A DNA stretch of 64,000 nucleotides, taken from a virus. The notes beneath the pieces were generated by a model. That model was not told the origin of the DNA and ran no database searches. It saw nothing but the letters and a program-made list of their open reading frames with translations. Location of the stretch: positions 1 to 64,000 of the IMG/VR virus record IMGVR_UViG_3300031857_000057; one strand, 5' to 3'. The position numbers were made by a program, and so were the translations under genes. Position 1 is the first letter of the stretch; every line of letters starts with the position of its first letter. Of the stretch, positions 1 through 9,323 are shown one piece after another.

Positions 1-386
1 CTGTAGATGTAGCTTTAGATAAATGTTTAAAACATTATGAATCATTGTGGCATTTAAAAATGAATTATAAAGAAGCTTTTAATTTTGTAAAATATCTACC
101 AGGAAAATATTTTAAAATTCATGGAGACCATGGCCCATACTATACCTGTACAATTTCTGCAGTTGTTTATTTAAATGATGATTATGAGGGTGGAGAAATA
201 GAGTTTATAAGACAAGGGCTAGTCGTTAAACCAAAAGCTGGTGACATAGTAATGTTTCCATCTAACTTTGTATATGAGCATGCATCTTTAGAGGTAAAGT
301 CAGGAACTAAATATTCAGTTGTTATTATGACAGATTACAATGAATTTTATCATACGGGTGGATATCATGAATATGTATCAAAATGA
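1..386 (+). CDS. 2OG-Fe(II) oxygenase, prolyl 4-hydroxylase-like (5' truncated by window)
   Basis: Frame is open from the window edge. Motifs HGD, YLNDDYEGGEI, distal H in YEHASLEVKSGTKYS. Confidence 0.9.
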   Translation, partial: VDVALDKCLKHYESLWHLKMNYKEAFNFVKYLPGKYFKIHGDHGPYYTCTISAVVYLNDDYEGGEIEFIRQGLVVKPKAGDIVMFPSNFVYEHASLEVKSGTKYSVVIMTDYNEFYHTGGYHEYVSK

Positions 387-1158
387 CGATACCCAAATAA
401 TTAAATTTAAATCTTTAAGACCGTGGCTTAATTCTAAAAGCAAATCTGTTCCAAGTACAACAACAGATAGCATCCCACAATGGTATAAAGAAGCTGATCG
501 TTTTGCAAAAAATCCAATTAATGGAGAATACTATAAAGCAACAAAAGAAATATGTCCTTTTTCAAAAGAAGATAATCCAAATGATTTTGGTAAAATTCCT
601 ACATGGAAAGCTTGTCCAGCAATAATGGATGGATTCTCAACTGGATATATTTTTAAAACTCCTTGCGATTTAACTTTTTTTAAAAATTCCCGTGGATCTC
701 TTGATGTTAAAATTGATGATGTAAAATATAAAGATTTTTGTGGCAAACGTGGCCCAATGGCACAATTTCATCATCCTAAAGGATACTATTTGGAACACTT
801 TGCTTGGTATGTTGACTGGGGAATAGAGCTTCCAAAAGGTTACAGTGCATTATTTATGACACCAATGAATAGGTTTGATTTACCATTTATTAATACTACT
901 GGTGTCGTTGATTGTGATAATGTACACATGCTTGGAACATTTCCATTTTTTATTATAGATGGCTGGGAGGGCACGATTGAAGCTGGCACTCCATTTATGC
1001 AAATACTTCCTTTCAAACGAGAAAACTGGCAGCAAGAAGTAGTTTTTCAAGATCAGCAAACAATCTATAGTGATATGATGGATAATATTAAATTCTATCG
1101 TCAGCCAGACGGTGGAGTATATAAAAATAAGGTTTGGTCTAGAAGAGAATATAAATAA
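367..1158 (+). CDS. DUF6065-like protein (often associated with oxygenase clusters)
   Basis: WKACPAIMD...PKGYSALF..P.NRFDLPF..TGVVD...GTPFMQILPFKRE resembles the DUF6065-like family. Start moved to ATG 367 (373 also possible). Confidence 0.6.
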   Translation: MNMYQNDDTQIIKFKSLRPWLNSKSKSVPSTTTDSIPQWYKEADRFAKNPINGEYYKATKEICPFSKEDNPNDFGKIPTWKACPAIMDGFSTGYIFKTPCDLTFFKNSRGSLDVKIDDVKYKDFCGKRGPMAQFHHPKGYYLEHFAWYVDWGIELPKGYSALFMTPMNRFDLPFINTTGVVDCDNVHMLGTFPFFIIDGWEGTIEAGTPFMQILPFKRENWQQEVVFQDQQTIYSDMMDNIKFYRQPDGGVYKNKVWSRREYK

Positions 1159-1169
1159 AAGGAGCAAAA

Positions 1170-1826
1170 ATGAAAACGTGGACAGAAAAGAAAAACTTGG
1201 GAAATGGAATCAGTCTTTATAAAAATGTAATTAAGAAAGACATTGATGTTATAAATAGACTTGAAACAATCCTAGCACCAGTTGGAACAGAAACACAATA
1301 TGCTTGGCAGCCAGCATATGTTGGTTACAAAGAATTAATGCCATTATATAGAGATTGTAATGATTTTAAATTTAAAAAAACCGATATAGAAGCAGATTCT
1401 AGTTCAGAGTCTATAGCTTTGCAAGCGTTGTGGCAAGATGTATATGATGCACAGTTTCCAGCTGTTGAAGACTATAGAAAAGATTATAATATAATGGATT
1501 TGAAATATTGGGAAGCTTTTAATTTCATTAAGTATGGCCCAGGACAGCACTTTCAAGAACATCACGATCATGGGTTTTCTTATAACTGTACAGTATCTCT
1601 TGTAGCATATGTCAACGATGATTACGAAGGAGGAGAACTATATTTTAGATTACAAAATTTAAATGTAAAACCAGAAGAGGGTGATTTATTTATTTTCCCT
1701 TCAAATTATATGTATCCGCATAGAGCTATGCCAGTTAAATCTGGAACAAAGTATTCAATTGTAACAATGCTTGATTACAATAAAAAGTTTCATACACAAG
1801 AAATGTATTTGCCAGACGAGGAATAA
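1170..1826 (+). CDS. 2OG-Fe(II) oxygenase, P4H-like
   Basis: HHD, YVNDDYEGGEL, PHRAMPVKSGTKYS. SD AGGAG. Close paralogue of 1..386 (EAFNF.KY.PG, FPSN, VKSGTKYS). Confidence 0.92.
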   Translation: MKTWTEKKNLGNGISLYKNVIKKDIDVINRLETILAPVGTETQYAWQPAYVGYKELMPLYRDCNDFKFKKTDIEADSSSESIALQALWQDVYDAQFPAVEDYRKDYNIMDLKYWEAFNFIKYGPGQHFQEHHDHGFSYNCTVSLVAYVNDDYEGGELYFRLQNLNVKPEEGDLFIFPSNYMYPHRAMPVKSGTKYSIVTMLDYNKKFHTQEMYLPDEE

Positions 1827-2536
1827 TGTTAAATATATCTGTTGAAAAAAACACTTACTCTAATATAAGTATTGCTCCGATGTCTATTAAGAGAGAGTGG
1901 ATGGATGCTACCCCAGATAAACATGCTTATAGATGCTTTCCAGTCACACAAGCCAATATGATTGGGTGGTATCTATATGCAGATCAAGATGTTTCGTTTA
2001 TCTGGAATGGCATCAATAATACATCTTCAGATAATGTTAAAATTATAAAAGGTGAGCATTTTTGCTATACGGGAAGAGGGCAATCAAGCGTTAGCTTTAA
2101 TACTGGACTTGTTTTTAGAACAGACCAAGACATTAGTATGCTAACAATTACCCCAGTAAATTATTTCAGTAATGACTGGGAAGTTATGTCATCATTGATT
2201 AGTACTTCTTGGCACGATAGTGATTTTCCACTAGCTATTAAAGTAAAAACTCCAGATAAAGAAATTACAATAAAGTCTGGTGATCCAATTGCCACAATTA
2301 TACCAATGTCTTTGACTAAATTAGATAATACTGCAATTGAAATGTATGATTATTCAGATCCAAATGGATTAAGGCAAAGAGCACATCAACTTTATGGTGA
2401 GGCCGCACAAGAAATTAATCAATCTGGACAATGGACAGACTGGTATAGAGATGCTATTGACGAAAAGGGAGAGTCGTTAGGACAGCACGAAACAAAGGTC
2501 TTAAGATTAAAAGTAAATGATAATAGAAAAAAATAA
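1826..2536 (+). CDS. DUF6065 family protein
   Basis: REWMDATPDKHAYRCFPVTQANMIGW signature; C-terminal W..WYR motif. Confidence 0.7.
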   Translation: MLNISVEKNTYSNISIAPMSIKREWMDATPDKHAYRCFPVTQANMIGWYLYADQDVSFIWNGINNTSSDNVKIIKGEHFCYTGRGQSSVSFNTGLVFRTDQDISMLTITPVNYFSNDWEVMSSLISTSWHDSDFPLAIKVKTPDKEITIKSGDPIATIIPMSLTKLDNTAIEMYDYSDPNGLRQRAHQLYGEAAQEINQSGQWTDWYRDAIDEKGESLGQHETKVLRLKVNDNRKK

Positions 2537-2545
2537 TAAGAGAAA

Positions 2546-2554
2546 TGGTATAAT
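2546..2554 (+). promoter_or_regulatory. Extended -10 promoter TGGTATAAT, likely leaderless
   Basis: TATAAT at 2549-2554 is followed 6 nt later by ATG 2561. No SD and no -35. Confidence 0.7.
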
Positions 2555-2560
2555 AATTTT

Positions 2561-3235
2561 ATGGACGAAATAGTAAATAAAAATATATATAAGAAAGTAT
2601 CTATAACTCCTTCAGGATGGTTTGGCAATAGTAAAGATATGATTGTTGAGCTAGAAAACTTTATGACTGAAGAAGAAATTGAGTTTTTAGAAAAATCTGC
2701 TAAGTCCATAACAATTTGGGATGTAACAGAAAGTCACACAAATGAAAACGGCACAGTTATATACGACGCAAACTACTGGAAGGATCGTGTAGCAACAAGG
2801 CCATCTTTAGATAAAAATGATCCAAAAATTGGACCAGTAATTGAAGGATTGTTTCATCGTTTGCAACCCATAATTGAAGATTTTTTTAAAGTTAAGGTTG
2901 AGCCAACTGGACAAACAATAGTTAAGTGGCTACCAGGACAATTTCAAAAGCCACATGCAGACAAAGAGTTACACGATGGGCCAGATGCAGGACTTCCTAA
3001 TGATTTTCCATATTACGATCTATCTAGTCTTTTTTATTTAAATGATGATTACGAAGGTGGAGAATTATATTTTCCTTTACAGGGTGTTCAATTTAAGCCT
3101 AAGAGGGGCGCTGCCTATTTTTTCCCAGGAGATAAAAACTTTATACATGGAGTTACAGAAATAAAAAGTGGCATAAGATATACATGTCCATTTTTCTGGA
3201 CAATATTAGAACATACTGGAGATAAAAAACCATGA
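2561..3235 (+). CDS. 2OG-Fe(II) oxygenase, P4H-like
   Basis: ENFMTEEE, HAD, YLNDDYEGGEL, HGVTEIKSGIRY. Confidence 0.92.
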   Translation: MDEIVNKNIYKKVSITPSGWFGNSKDMIVELENFMTEEEIEFLEKSAKSITIWDVTESHTNENGTVIYDANYWKDRVATRPSLDKNDPKIGPVIEGLFHRLQPIIEDFFKVKVEPTGQTIVKWLPGQFQKPHADKELHDGPDAGLPNDFPYYDLSSLFYLNDDYEGGELYFPLQGVQFKPKRGAAYFFPGDKNFIHGVTEIKSGIRYTCPFFWTILEHTGDKKP

Positions 3236-3966
3236 ACAAAAAAAGAATAACAAAAGATATCGTAGTTTTTGAAAACTTTTTAACTCCAGAAGAATGCAAT
3301 GCAATAATAAAAGTGATAGAAGCGCAAGCAGCAAATGAAAAGCTTCAATGGACTCCAATATCCTTCTATGAATCATACTCTTCTGTTCTTCCAAATGATA
3401 ACGATCCAGAGCTTGCAGATTTTGGCCTTTCTGCAACATACTTTTCTGATCTTGAAAAAAGAGTCTCAGAAACAGTTGCAGCTGTACATGACAAAGATCC
3501 AAACGATATACATAAAATTGGATTTCATGCACAAAAATGGGAAAAGGGTGCATTTGCAAGAGAACATTCTGATAATACAGATTTAGAAGGAAACATTGGA
3601 CCTTTTGAAAGAAGCAGGTATGCTTCATTCTTATATTTAAACACTGATTTTGAGGGAGGAAGATTAGTATTTAATAAACAAAATTATGAATTAATTCCAC
3701 AATCAGGATTGCTTGCCTCATTTGCTGGTGGATTTGAAAATACACACGAAGTTTCTTTAATTACAGAGGGAACAAGATACACATTAGGATCATTTTGGGA
3801 TGATAGGGATGAGTCGGCATATCCAAAAGAAACCATAGATGCTTGGGCTGAAGAAATAAAAAAAGTTAGAGAAGATCAAGAAGTTCTTAAATCTTCATGG
3901 AAAAAGCTTCATGAAAAGGGATATAGACTAAACCCTGATGGAAGCGAATATAAGGCAGAAGAATAA
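3232..3966 (+). CDS. 2OG-Fe(II) oxygenase, P4H-like
   Basis: ENFLTPEEC, HSD, YLNTDFEGG, HEVSLITEGTRY. Confidence 0.92.
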   Translation: MNKKRITKDIVVFENFLTPEECNAIIKVIEAQAANEKLQWTPISFYESYSSVLPNDNDPELADFGLSATYFSDLEKRVSETVAAVHDKDPNDIHKIGFHAQKWEKGAFAREHSDNTDLEGNIGPFERSRYASFLYLNTDFEGGRLVFNKQNYELIPQSGLLASFAGGFENTHEVSLITEGTRYTLGSFWDDRDESAYPKETIDAWAEEIKKVREDQEVLKSSWKKLHEKGYRLNPDGSEYKAEE

Positions 3967-3970
3967 TAAT

Positions 3971-4660
3971 ATGTCAGCATTTCTTAAAAAAGAAGCTGAA
4001 GCAGCAGGCTTCAAAACTCAAGAGATTTATGATAAAGTATTATTAATTGAAGATTTTATATCTAAAGAAGAAATAGAAGAATTACTTGATATTATAAAAT
4101 CAATTAAAGAAGAAGACTGGTATATTGAATATAAGTCAAATTTAAAATTATTCTGCATGGAAAAATTTGGTAGAGATGATGTTGAAAACCTTGTTGCCGA
4201 AGGAAAATTTGAAGTAACTAAAAATTGGGAAGATAAAAATTATAACATAAATAATTATGAAATACAAAAAAATATTTTTAATCGTATTAATCCATTAATT
4301 AGATCAGCAAATTCAAACTATTTATTAAGTGGCATGGTAACGCTGCAAAGAATGCAAGAGGGGGTAGAATTAAAATCTCATACCGACCAACATACAGATC
4401 CATCCATACAGTATGCAACCATACTATATATTAATGATGATTATACAGATGGTGAAATATTTTTTAAAAATATAAATTTAAAATTAAAACCAAAACCTGG
4501 ATCTATGCTTGTATTTCCAGGTACTCCAGAATATGAGCATGGAGTTGTTCCAGTAGGACCTGGCCCTATAAGATATGTTCTTGTAGGTTTTGTAAAAATA
4601 ATAGATTTTTATAATAATAACAAGTATAATGATAAATACATAACAAAGGATGGAATGTAA
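3971..4660 (+). CDS. 2OG-Fe(II) oxygenase, P4H-like
   Basis: EDFISKEE, HTD, YINDDYTDGE, HGVVPVGPGPIRY. Start moved to ATG 3971 after the upstream stop. Confidence 0.9.
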   Translation: MSAFLKKEAEAAGFKTQEIYDKVLLIEDFISKEEIEELLDIIKSIKEEDWYIEYKSNLKLFCMEKFGRDDVENLVAEGKFEVTKNWEDKNYNINNYEIQKNIFNRINPLIRSANSNYLLSGMVTLQRMQEGVELKSHTDQHTDPSIQYATILYINDDYTDGEIFFKNINLKLKPKPGSMLVFPGTPEYEHGVVPVGPGPIRYVLVGFVKIIDFYNNNKYNDKYITKDGM

Positions 4661-4661
4661 T

Positions 4662-5432
4662 ATGAAGTTAGAAAAAGTACTAGAAGAGAACATATATTAT
4701 TACACCGATGTTCTTGCAGATCATGAAAAGTTTTTATCCATTATTCTTGAGTTAGATGGCAATTCAGAAGTTGAGCCAGTAATCCCGTCTTGGCAAAGAT
4801 GGTTGTCTAATTCTGGAGATGGCTACTCGTTTGGCGGTAAAAAAGACATGCAGCCAAACAATCTTCACCTATTGTCTGGAGAATTAAAAGAAAAAGCTGG
4901 GTATGTTATATCAGAAATTCAAAGATGCATTAAAGATGTAGCTGAAGCATTTATACGTGATAGAGGCCTAGATGTCCCAAATCCAAATCTATCACCTTTT
5001 GCGGGTATCATGAAGTACATACCTGGATTAGAAATGGGTGCACACTTTGATGCACAGGCTGGAGATGAAAGCCTGTGGTGGTCAATGATTATATATGTTA
5101 ATGATGATTACGAGGGTGGAGAGCTTTCTTGGATTCTTCATGATAAAGATTTAAGAGATCCACAACATGCACATCTAAAACCAAGGTCAGATCTTCATCA
5201 TGAAGAAAACAAAGATTTAATTGATTTTTGGATTAAGCCAGCTGCTGGTTCAGCACTTATTTTTCCATCTACCTTTCCATATAGACATCAGGTTCATATT
5301 ATGAAGTCTGGAGATAAGTATATGTTCCCAGGTTTTATATTTAAAGATGGGTACGATCCAAGTGATCCAGAGTCTATTGAAAAATTTAATGGTGGATCAA
5401 AGGTCGTAAAAAAGAGCCCATATGAGCAGTAG
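4662..5432 (+). CDS. 2OG-Fe(II) oxygenase, P4H-like, with His-rich insertion
   Basis: HFD, YVNDDYEGGEL, HQVHIMKSGDKY. Extra segment LHDKDLRDPQHAHLKPRSDLHHEENK inside the beta-core. Confidence 0.9.
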   Translation: MKLEKVLEENIYYYTDVLADHEKFLSIILELDGNSEVEPVIPSWQRWLSNSGDGYSFGGKKDMQPNNLHLLSGELKEKAGYVISEIQRCIKDVAEAFIRDRGLDVPNPNLSPFAGIMKYIPGLEMGAHFDAQAGDESLWWSMIIYVNDDYEGGELSWILHDKDLRDPQHAHLKPRSDLHHEENKDLIDFWIKPAAGSALIFPSTFPYRHQVHIMKSGDKYMFPGFIFKDGYDPSDPESIEKFNGGSKVVKKSPYEQ

Positions 5433-6051
5433 CTATGAAATCTTAAAAGATCAAATAGTTTACTTCCCTAATGCAGTTCCAAATCATTTAGAAATTGTTG
5501 ATGCAATAGAGTCGGTAAACTCAAAATCTGTTTCCCCCTGGGAAAATTGGTATGCTGGAGATAATAAAGATCATGCTTATGGTCATATAAAATACATGAA
5601 TAGATCTTTTTATAAAGAAGAAGATGCAGAAACTTTAGAAAAAAGTAAATTTATTATAGAGTCTTTGTGTGATTATATGTCAAATTGTGCTATACAATAT
5701 GCAAACATTTTTGGTTTATCAAAAGATCATATTGATTTTGCCATATCTGTTCTTAAACAAGAAACTACAACTATAGGCATTAATAAATATAATGAAAATG
5801 CACATATGGGGCCACACGTAGACCTAAATGATATGAATCATTATATTCAGTATACAATTGTAGTTTATCTAAATGATGATTATGAAGGAGGGGAGTTATA
5901 CTTTCCTAATCATGATATAAAAATAAAACCATTAGCGGGAAGTATTGCCATGTACCCTTCTGGACATCCATATACACATGAATCACTAAATATTACAAAA
6001 GGTAGAAAGATGTTAATAACTCATCACCTAAGAAACAATGAGGCAAGATGA
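5422..6051 (+). CDS. 2OG-Fe(II) oxygenase, P4H-like
   Basis: HVD, YLNDDYEGGEL, THESLNITKGRK. Confidence 0.9.
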   Translation: MSSSYEILKDQIVYFPNAVPNHLEIVDAIESVNSKSVSPWENWYAGDNKDHAYGHIKYMNRSFYKEEDAETLEKSKFIIESLCDYMSNCAIQYANIFGLSKDHIDFAISVLKQETTTIGINKYNENAHMGPHVDLNDMNHYIQYTIVVYLNDDYEGGELYFPNHDIKIKPLAGSIAMYPSGHPYTHESLNITKGRKMLITHHLRNNEAR

Positions 6052-6512
6052 GTGGGGACTTGAAGCCAGAGCATAATGATCTTGTTTCAGAGTATATCAA
6101 TTCTGTAAATAATAAAACTCAAACATCCTACATGCTAACAATTGCAAGAGATGGAGAAGATCCAGTTAGAACAATAATTTATTATTCTAATGCAATAGAG
6201 GCTGCAGAAGCATACAACAAATATACTGATTGGGGTTTTGCAAGAAATTTCTTAACAGTAAAACTGTATGAACCAAATGGTGTAGTTAATCAAAAAGTTT
6301 TAAAAAGAAACCAAGCTGGAGAATGCACATTTGTAAGACAAGATTATATAGAGGCGCAAAAAATATTGTTTAATGTAAAAGAGCATTTGGATTCAAAACA
6401 ATATGAATCTCTAATTAAAGACTTTATGACTTTATTTGCAAAAGACAATTGGAGATTTGATCCCGATAGGTTTTTAAAAGACTCTGGAATTTTAGGAAAA
6501 GCACAAGAATAA
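6048..6512 (+). CDS. hypothetical protein
   Basis: 154-aa ORF coupled to the oxygenase operon by an ATGA overlap. Confidence 0.7.
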   Translation: MSGDLKPEHNDLVSEYINSVNNKTQTSYMLTIARDGEDPVRTIIYYSNAIEAAEAYNKYTDWGFARNFLTVKLYEPNGVVNQKVLKRNQAGECTFVRQDYIEAQKILFNVKEHLDSKQYESLIKDFMTLFAKDNWRFDPDRFLKDSGILGKAQE

Positions 6513-6514
6513 GT

Positions 6515-7546
6515 TTATTCTGAAAGATAATTTTCAATTCCCATTATTTTTTTTGATTTTTCAAGTTGATCTTTATCTGGTGCTCCCCAATAACCTAAAT
6601 ATTTACCACTAAAAATTTCTTTATGATGTTTATTTGCATGCTCTTTTATATATTTTGAAAAACTATCAGATTTTGTAGCATCCTTCCACTGATAATCAGA
6701 ATCTATTCCAGGTTCAGGTTTGTTTAAACTAACAAAAACTGGTTTATAAAAATGAAAAATTCTAAATCCACGACTCAGCAATCTTAATGAAAAATTAATT
6801 TGATCGCCAGAAAATGGATCTTTGGGATAGTGCAAAAAATCTAATAAATATTTAAAAGGATAAAACATCATTGCTGCAAAAACACAGTTACCTTCGTGAA
6901 ATACGGTATCGTTAATAGTTATTTTATTATCATTCCATGGCCCACCATCAACCCAGGCAATACCAACCATGCTTTCCGTTAATCTATTATTGCCATCTAT
7001 TCCATCAGTTCTTATTGATGGCATAAAAGCATTTACGTCATCAATTGTTGAATCAAAATCATTAAAGTGTATTTTTTTGTTTTCTTGCCAGTATAAAGTA
7101 TTTTTATCGTTTATATCATATGTAAATCCATGAGGCATATTACTTAATACAATTTTATCTCCAGCATATTTTTCTGCAACATAATAATTATTTATTAATG
7201 TCTCATCCCAGTTTTTATCAAAAATTGTATGTGCATCTATTTGAAAAATAAAATCATGTTCTTTATCGTACATTAAGGCAGCGTTCATTCTAGAAAAACC
7301 TATTCCAAAAACATAAGGAGAAAAAAATTCTGTATATAATGTATTACTAGATTTTAATAGCGAAACATCCTCTTTTGATCCATTGTAAAGATGCGATTCT
7401 TTTTTATCTAAAACGGTATTAAATATACTAAAATAAATACGCTCAGGATGCTTAGCAGCATATATTGCAGATCTTATTGTGTCTAAAAGGTAATATTCTC
7501 TACAGGAAGCAATTGTTATTAAAATTGTTTTTTCTTTATTGCTCAT
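6515..7546 (-). CDS. GlcNAc transferase, Skp1-hydroxyproline GlcNAc-transferase-like (GT60/'GlcNAc' family)
   Basis: TILITIASCRE..L..T......A.HPERIY, GIGFSR and QIDAHTIFDKNWDETL match the family pattern (IASYRD...QxDSHxxFxxxWD). Start moved to ATG 7546. Confidence 0.8.
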   Translation of the reverse strand: MSNKEKTILITIASCREYYLLDTIRSAIYAAKHPERIYFSIFNTVLDKKESHLYNGSKEDVSLLKSSNTLYTEFFSPYVFGIGFSRMNAALMYDKEHDFIFQIDAHTIFDKNWDETLINNYYVAEKYAGDKIVLSNMPHGFTYDINDKNTLYWQENKKIHFNDFDSTIDDVNAFMPSIRTDGIDGNNRLTESMVGIAWVDGGPWNDNKITINDTVFHEGNCVFAAMMFYPFKYLLDFLHYPKDPFSGDQINFSLRLLSRGFRIFHFYKPVFVSLNKPEPGIDSDYQWKDATKSDSFSKYIKEHANKHHKEIFSGKYLGYWGAPDKDQLEKSKKIMGIENYLSE

Positions 7547-7553
7547 ATTTTTC

Positions 7554-7575
7554 ATTATATCATATATGGTATAAT
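7554..7575. promoter_or_regulatory. Back-to-back divergent extended -10 promoters (TGATATAAT on -, TGGTATAAT on +)
   Basis: Near-palindrome ATTATATCATATATGGTATAAT. Start codons lie 7 nt (- strand, 7546) and 6 nt (+ strand, 7582) downstream of the hexamers. Confidence 0.75.
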
Positions 7576-7581
7576 TTAAAA

Positions 7582-8178
7582 ATGAACCTGCCCAAAGAAC
7601 CATATCATATAATTAAAAATTATTTAGATAAAGATTATTGTAAAGATATGGCTTCATATTTTCTTAAAAATATGGAGGAAGATCCAAGAGAAGGATATAG
7701 CACTTTTGGTATAGGTGGCAAAGAATACTTTTTTGAAGAAGTAAATCCAAAACCAAAACCATATGATCCAAATATGAAGCTATACGATATGATCCATTTT
7801 GGTTATAAATTTTTTATGGAAAATTATCCAATATATGGAGATTTTGAATTAAACAGATCACATGCAAATTTTATGTTTAAAGATGCAATTTTACATGATC
7901 ATAAGGATGATAGAAACTTTAATGAACCGATAGAAACATTGGGAAGCAAGACCCATGTTCTTGGATTATTTTTAACTGATGATTACGAGGGTGGGGAATT
8001 AGTATTTGGAGATTATTCTATTTCATTAAAACCAGAAGTTGGTGATCTTGTATTTTTCCCTGGCTACTATACAAGACATGGTGTAAACAAAGTTACCTCT
8101 GGAGTTAGAATAAATATTTTAAGTCATTATTTTGATATTATAGATAGATCTAAGATTAATCCAGCATACTCAATGTAA
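7582..8178 (+). CDS. 2OG-Fe(II) oxygenase, P4H-like
   Basis: IIKNYLDKDYC, HKD, FLTDDYEGGEL, HGVNKVTSGVR. True start MNLPKE at 7582. Confidence 0.88.
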   Translation: MNLPKEPYHIIKNYLDKDYCKDMASYFLKNMEEDPREGYSTFGIGGKEYFFEEVNPKPKPYDPNMKLYDMIHFGYKFFMENYPIYGDFELNRSHANFMFKDAILHDHKDDRNFNEPIETLGSKTHVLGLFLTDDYEGGELVFGDYSISLKPEVGDLVFFPGYYTRHGVNKVTSGVRINILSHYFDIIDRSKINPAYSM

Positions 8179-8206
8179 AAAAATAGCCCCGCTTTTACAC
8201 GGGGCC
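8177..8206 (-). terminator. Rho-independent terminator between convergent genes
   Basis: GCCCCG/CGGGGC stem (8186-8205); the A-run at 8177-8183 reads as a U-tract on the - strand. Confidence 0.7.
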
Positions 8207-8210
8207 ATTA

Positions 8211-8780
8211 TTATGCATACTTTTTAGGAAATTTGTTTTTCCATTTATGTGTGGCTCCTTTTACATAAGAAGACCAAGAGCTCCAGTCTTTACCGCCTTT
8301 TGTCATATGATATACAATTTTGGCGTTTTTAACTGGGCTAAAAAGCTCGGCATTTAGGTCAAGTTCAAACTTATCTCGTCTGTCTGGACCCAATTCTCCA
8401 ATCATATTAATTTGGAATATACCGTAAGAGCTGTCGCCTGTTTTTGCATTGCCGTTAAAGGCAAATGGACGACCATTAGACTCTGCTTTGGCAACAGCCC
8501 AAGCAGTCCTAAGACCCTTCCCTTTAAACCCAACAGCCTTAAGTAATTCAACCAATTGTCTATCGGTCAAACTATGAGCATTTTCATACTTCTTCAGTAT
8601 TGCTTTACTCTTTGCTCTCTTAGAAACCAAAGAAGCCACCTTGTGGGTGGCCCGAACGTCAATGGATTCTTTCATTAGCAAGTTGTTACGGTCAGCAAAT
8701 GATATTTCTTTCCCGTTGGTCAGAATAGCAAATGCAAGCACCATAATCATTACCCCTGATAGTATTTTATTGTCTCTCAA
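8211..8780 (-). CDS. Lytic transglycosylase (lysozyme-like SLT) with N-terminal membrane anchor/signal
   Basis: AVAKAESNG (catalytic Glu), SYGIFQIN, WSSWS. Hydrophobic N-terminus. SD AGGAGG before the TTG start. Confidence 0.85.
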   Translation of the reverse strand: MRDNKILSGVMIMVLAFAILTNGKEISFADRNNLLMKESIDVRATHKVASLVSKRAKSKAILKKYENAHSLTDRQLVELLKAVGFKGKGLRTAWAVAKAESNGRPFAFNGNAKTGDSSYGIFQINMIGELGPDRRDKFELDLNAELFSPVKNAKIVYHMTKGGKDWSSWSSYVKGATHKWKNKFPKKYA

Positions 8781-8828
8781 GTTTTCCTCCTAGAAACAGT
8801 TATGACACCTTAACGGTGTCATACACCT

Positions 8829-8858
8829 AGTATAACACAAATATTACTGACGAGTCAA
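8829..8858 (-). promoter_or_regulatory. Full promoter TTGACT-18-TATACT with TG extension for the transglycosylase
   Basis: AGTCAA at 8853-8858 and AGTATAACA at 8829-8837 read on the - strand. Confidence 0.7.
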
Positions 8859-8868
8859 CTTCATTTGA

Positions 8869-8877
8869 TGATATAAT
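8869..8877 (+). promoter_or_regulatory. Extended -10 promoter TGATATAAT
   Basis: Upstream of 8907, which has SD GAGG. Confidence 0.6.
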
Positions 8878-8906
8878 ATAAAGACTTAATTTTGAAAGAG
8901 GAATAA

Positions 8907-9323
8907 ATGGCAACATTTAGAGGTTCTGGATCTGGTACATATAATATTGGAGAACGTCCACCCTATGTAAATTGGACAGTCGTTCGTGGAGATACTGCTG
9001 CATTTCGTGTTTATTTAACTGATGATGAGCGGCAACCACTTGTAATTGGAGACTGGACAATATCTATGCAAATTAAAAGACCAACAACAAGTCCAGTGGT
9101 TCCAGGGCAAATAACAGATACTGCAACACTACTATATACTTTAACCCCTGCACCAGATGCAGATGATGAAGTTGGAGAATTCACAGTATCATTAACTGCT
9201 GCACAAACAACAACACTTGAAACAAATGATATTTGGGACATAGAGGTTTCTTTGCCACAAGATGAGATAGTTTGGACAGTGGCACAAGGGAAAATGACAA
9301 TTCTTGAGGATGTAACAGCTTAA
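8907..9323 (+). CDS. Putative virion structural protein (Ig/BppU-like beta-sandwich)
   Basis: RGDT..F.V...GEFTVSLTAAQT...WDIEV...TVAQGK.T...DVT pattern of phage adaptor domains. Confidence 0.55.
   Translation: MATFRGSGSGTYNIGERPPYVNWTVVRGDTAAFRVYLTDDERQPLVIGDWTISMQIKRPTTSPVVPGQITDTATLLYTLTPAPDADDEVGEFTVSLTAAQTTTLETNDIWDIEVSLPQDEIVWTVAQGKMTILEDVTA

Noticed and set aside
7465-7603. Overlapping N-terminal extensions of the two divergent ORFs
   Set aside because: Promoter geometry and domain boundaries favour starts at 7546 (-) and 7582 (+).
1-8178. Oxygenases as TET/JBP or AlkB DNA-modifying enzymes
   Set aside because: Motifs (YLNDDYEGGEL, G.RY/KY) are P4H-like, and no methylase or base-modification genes are adjacent. 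Not formally excluded.
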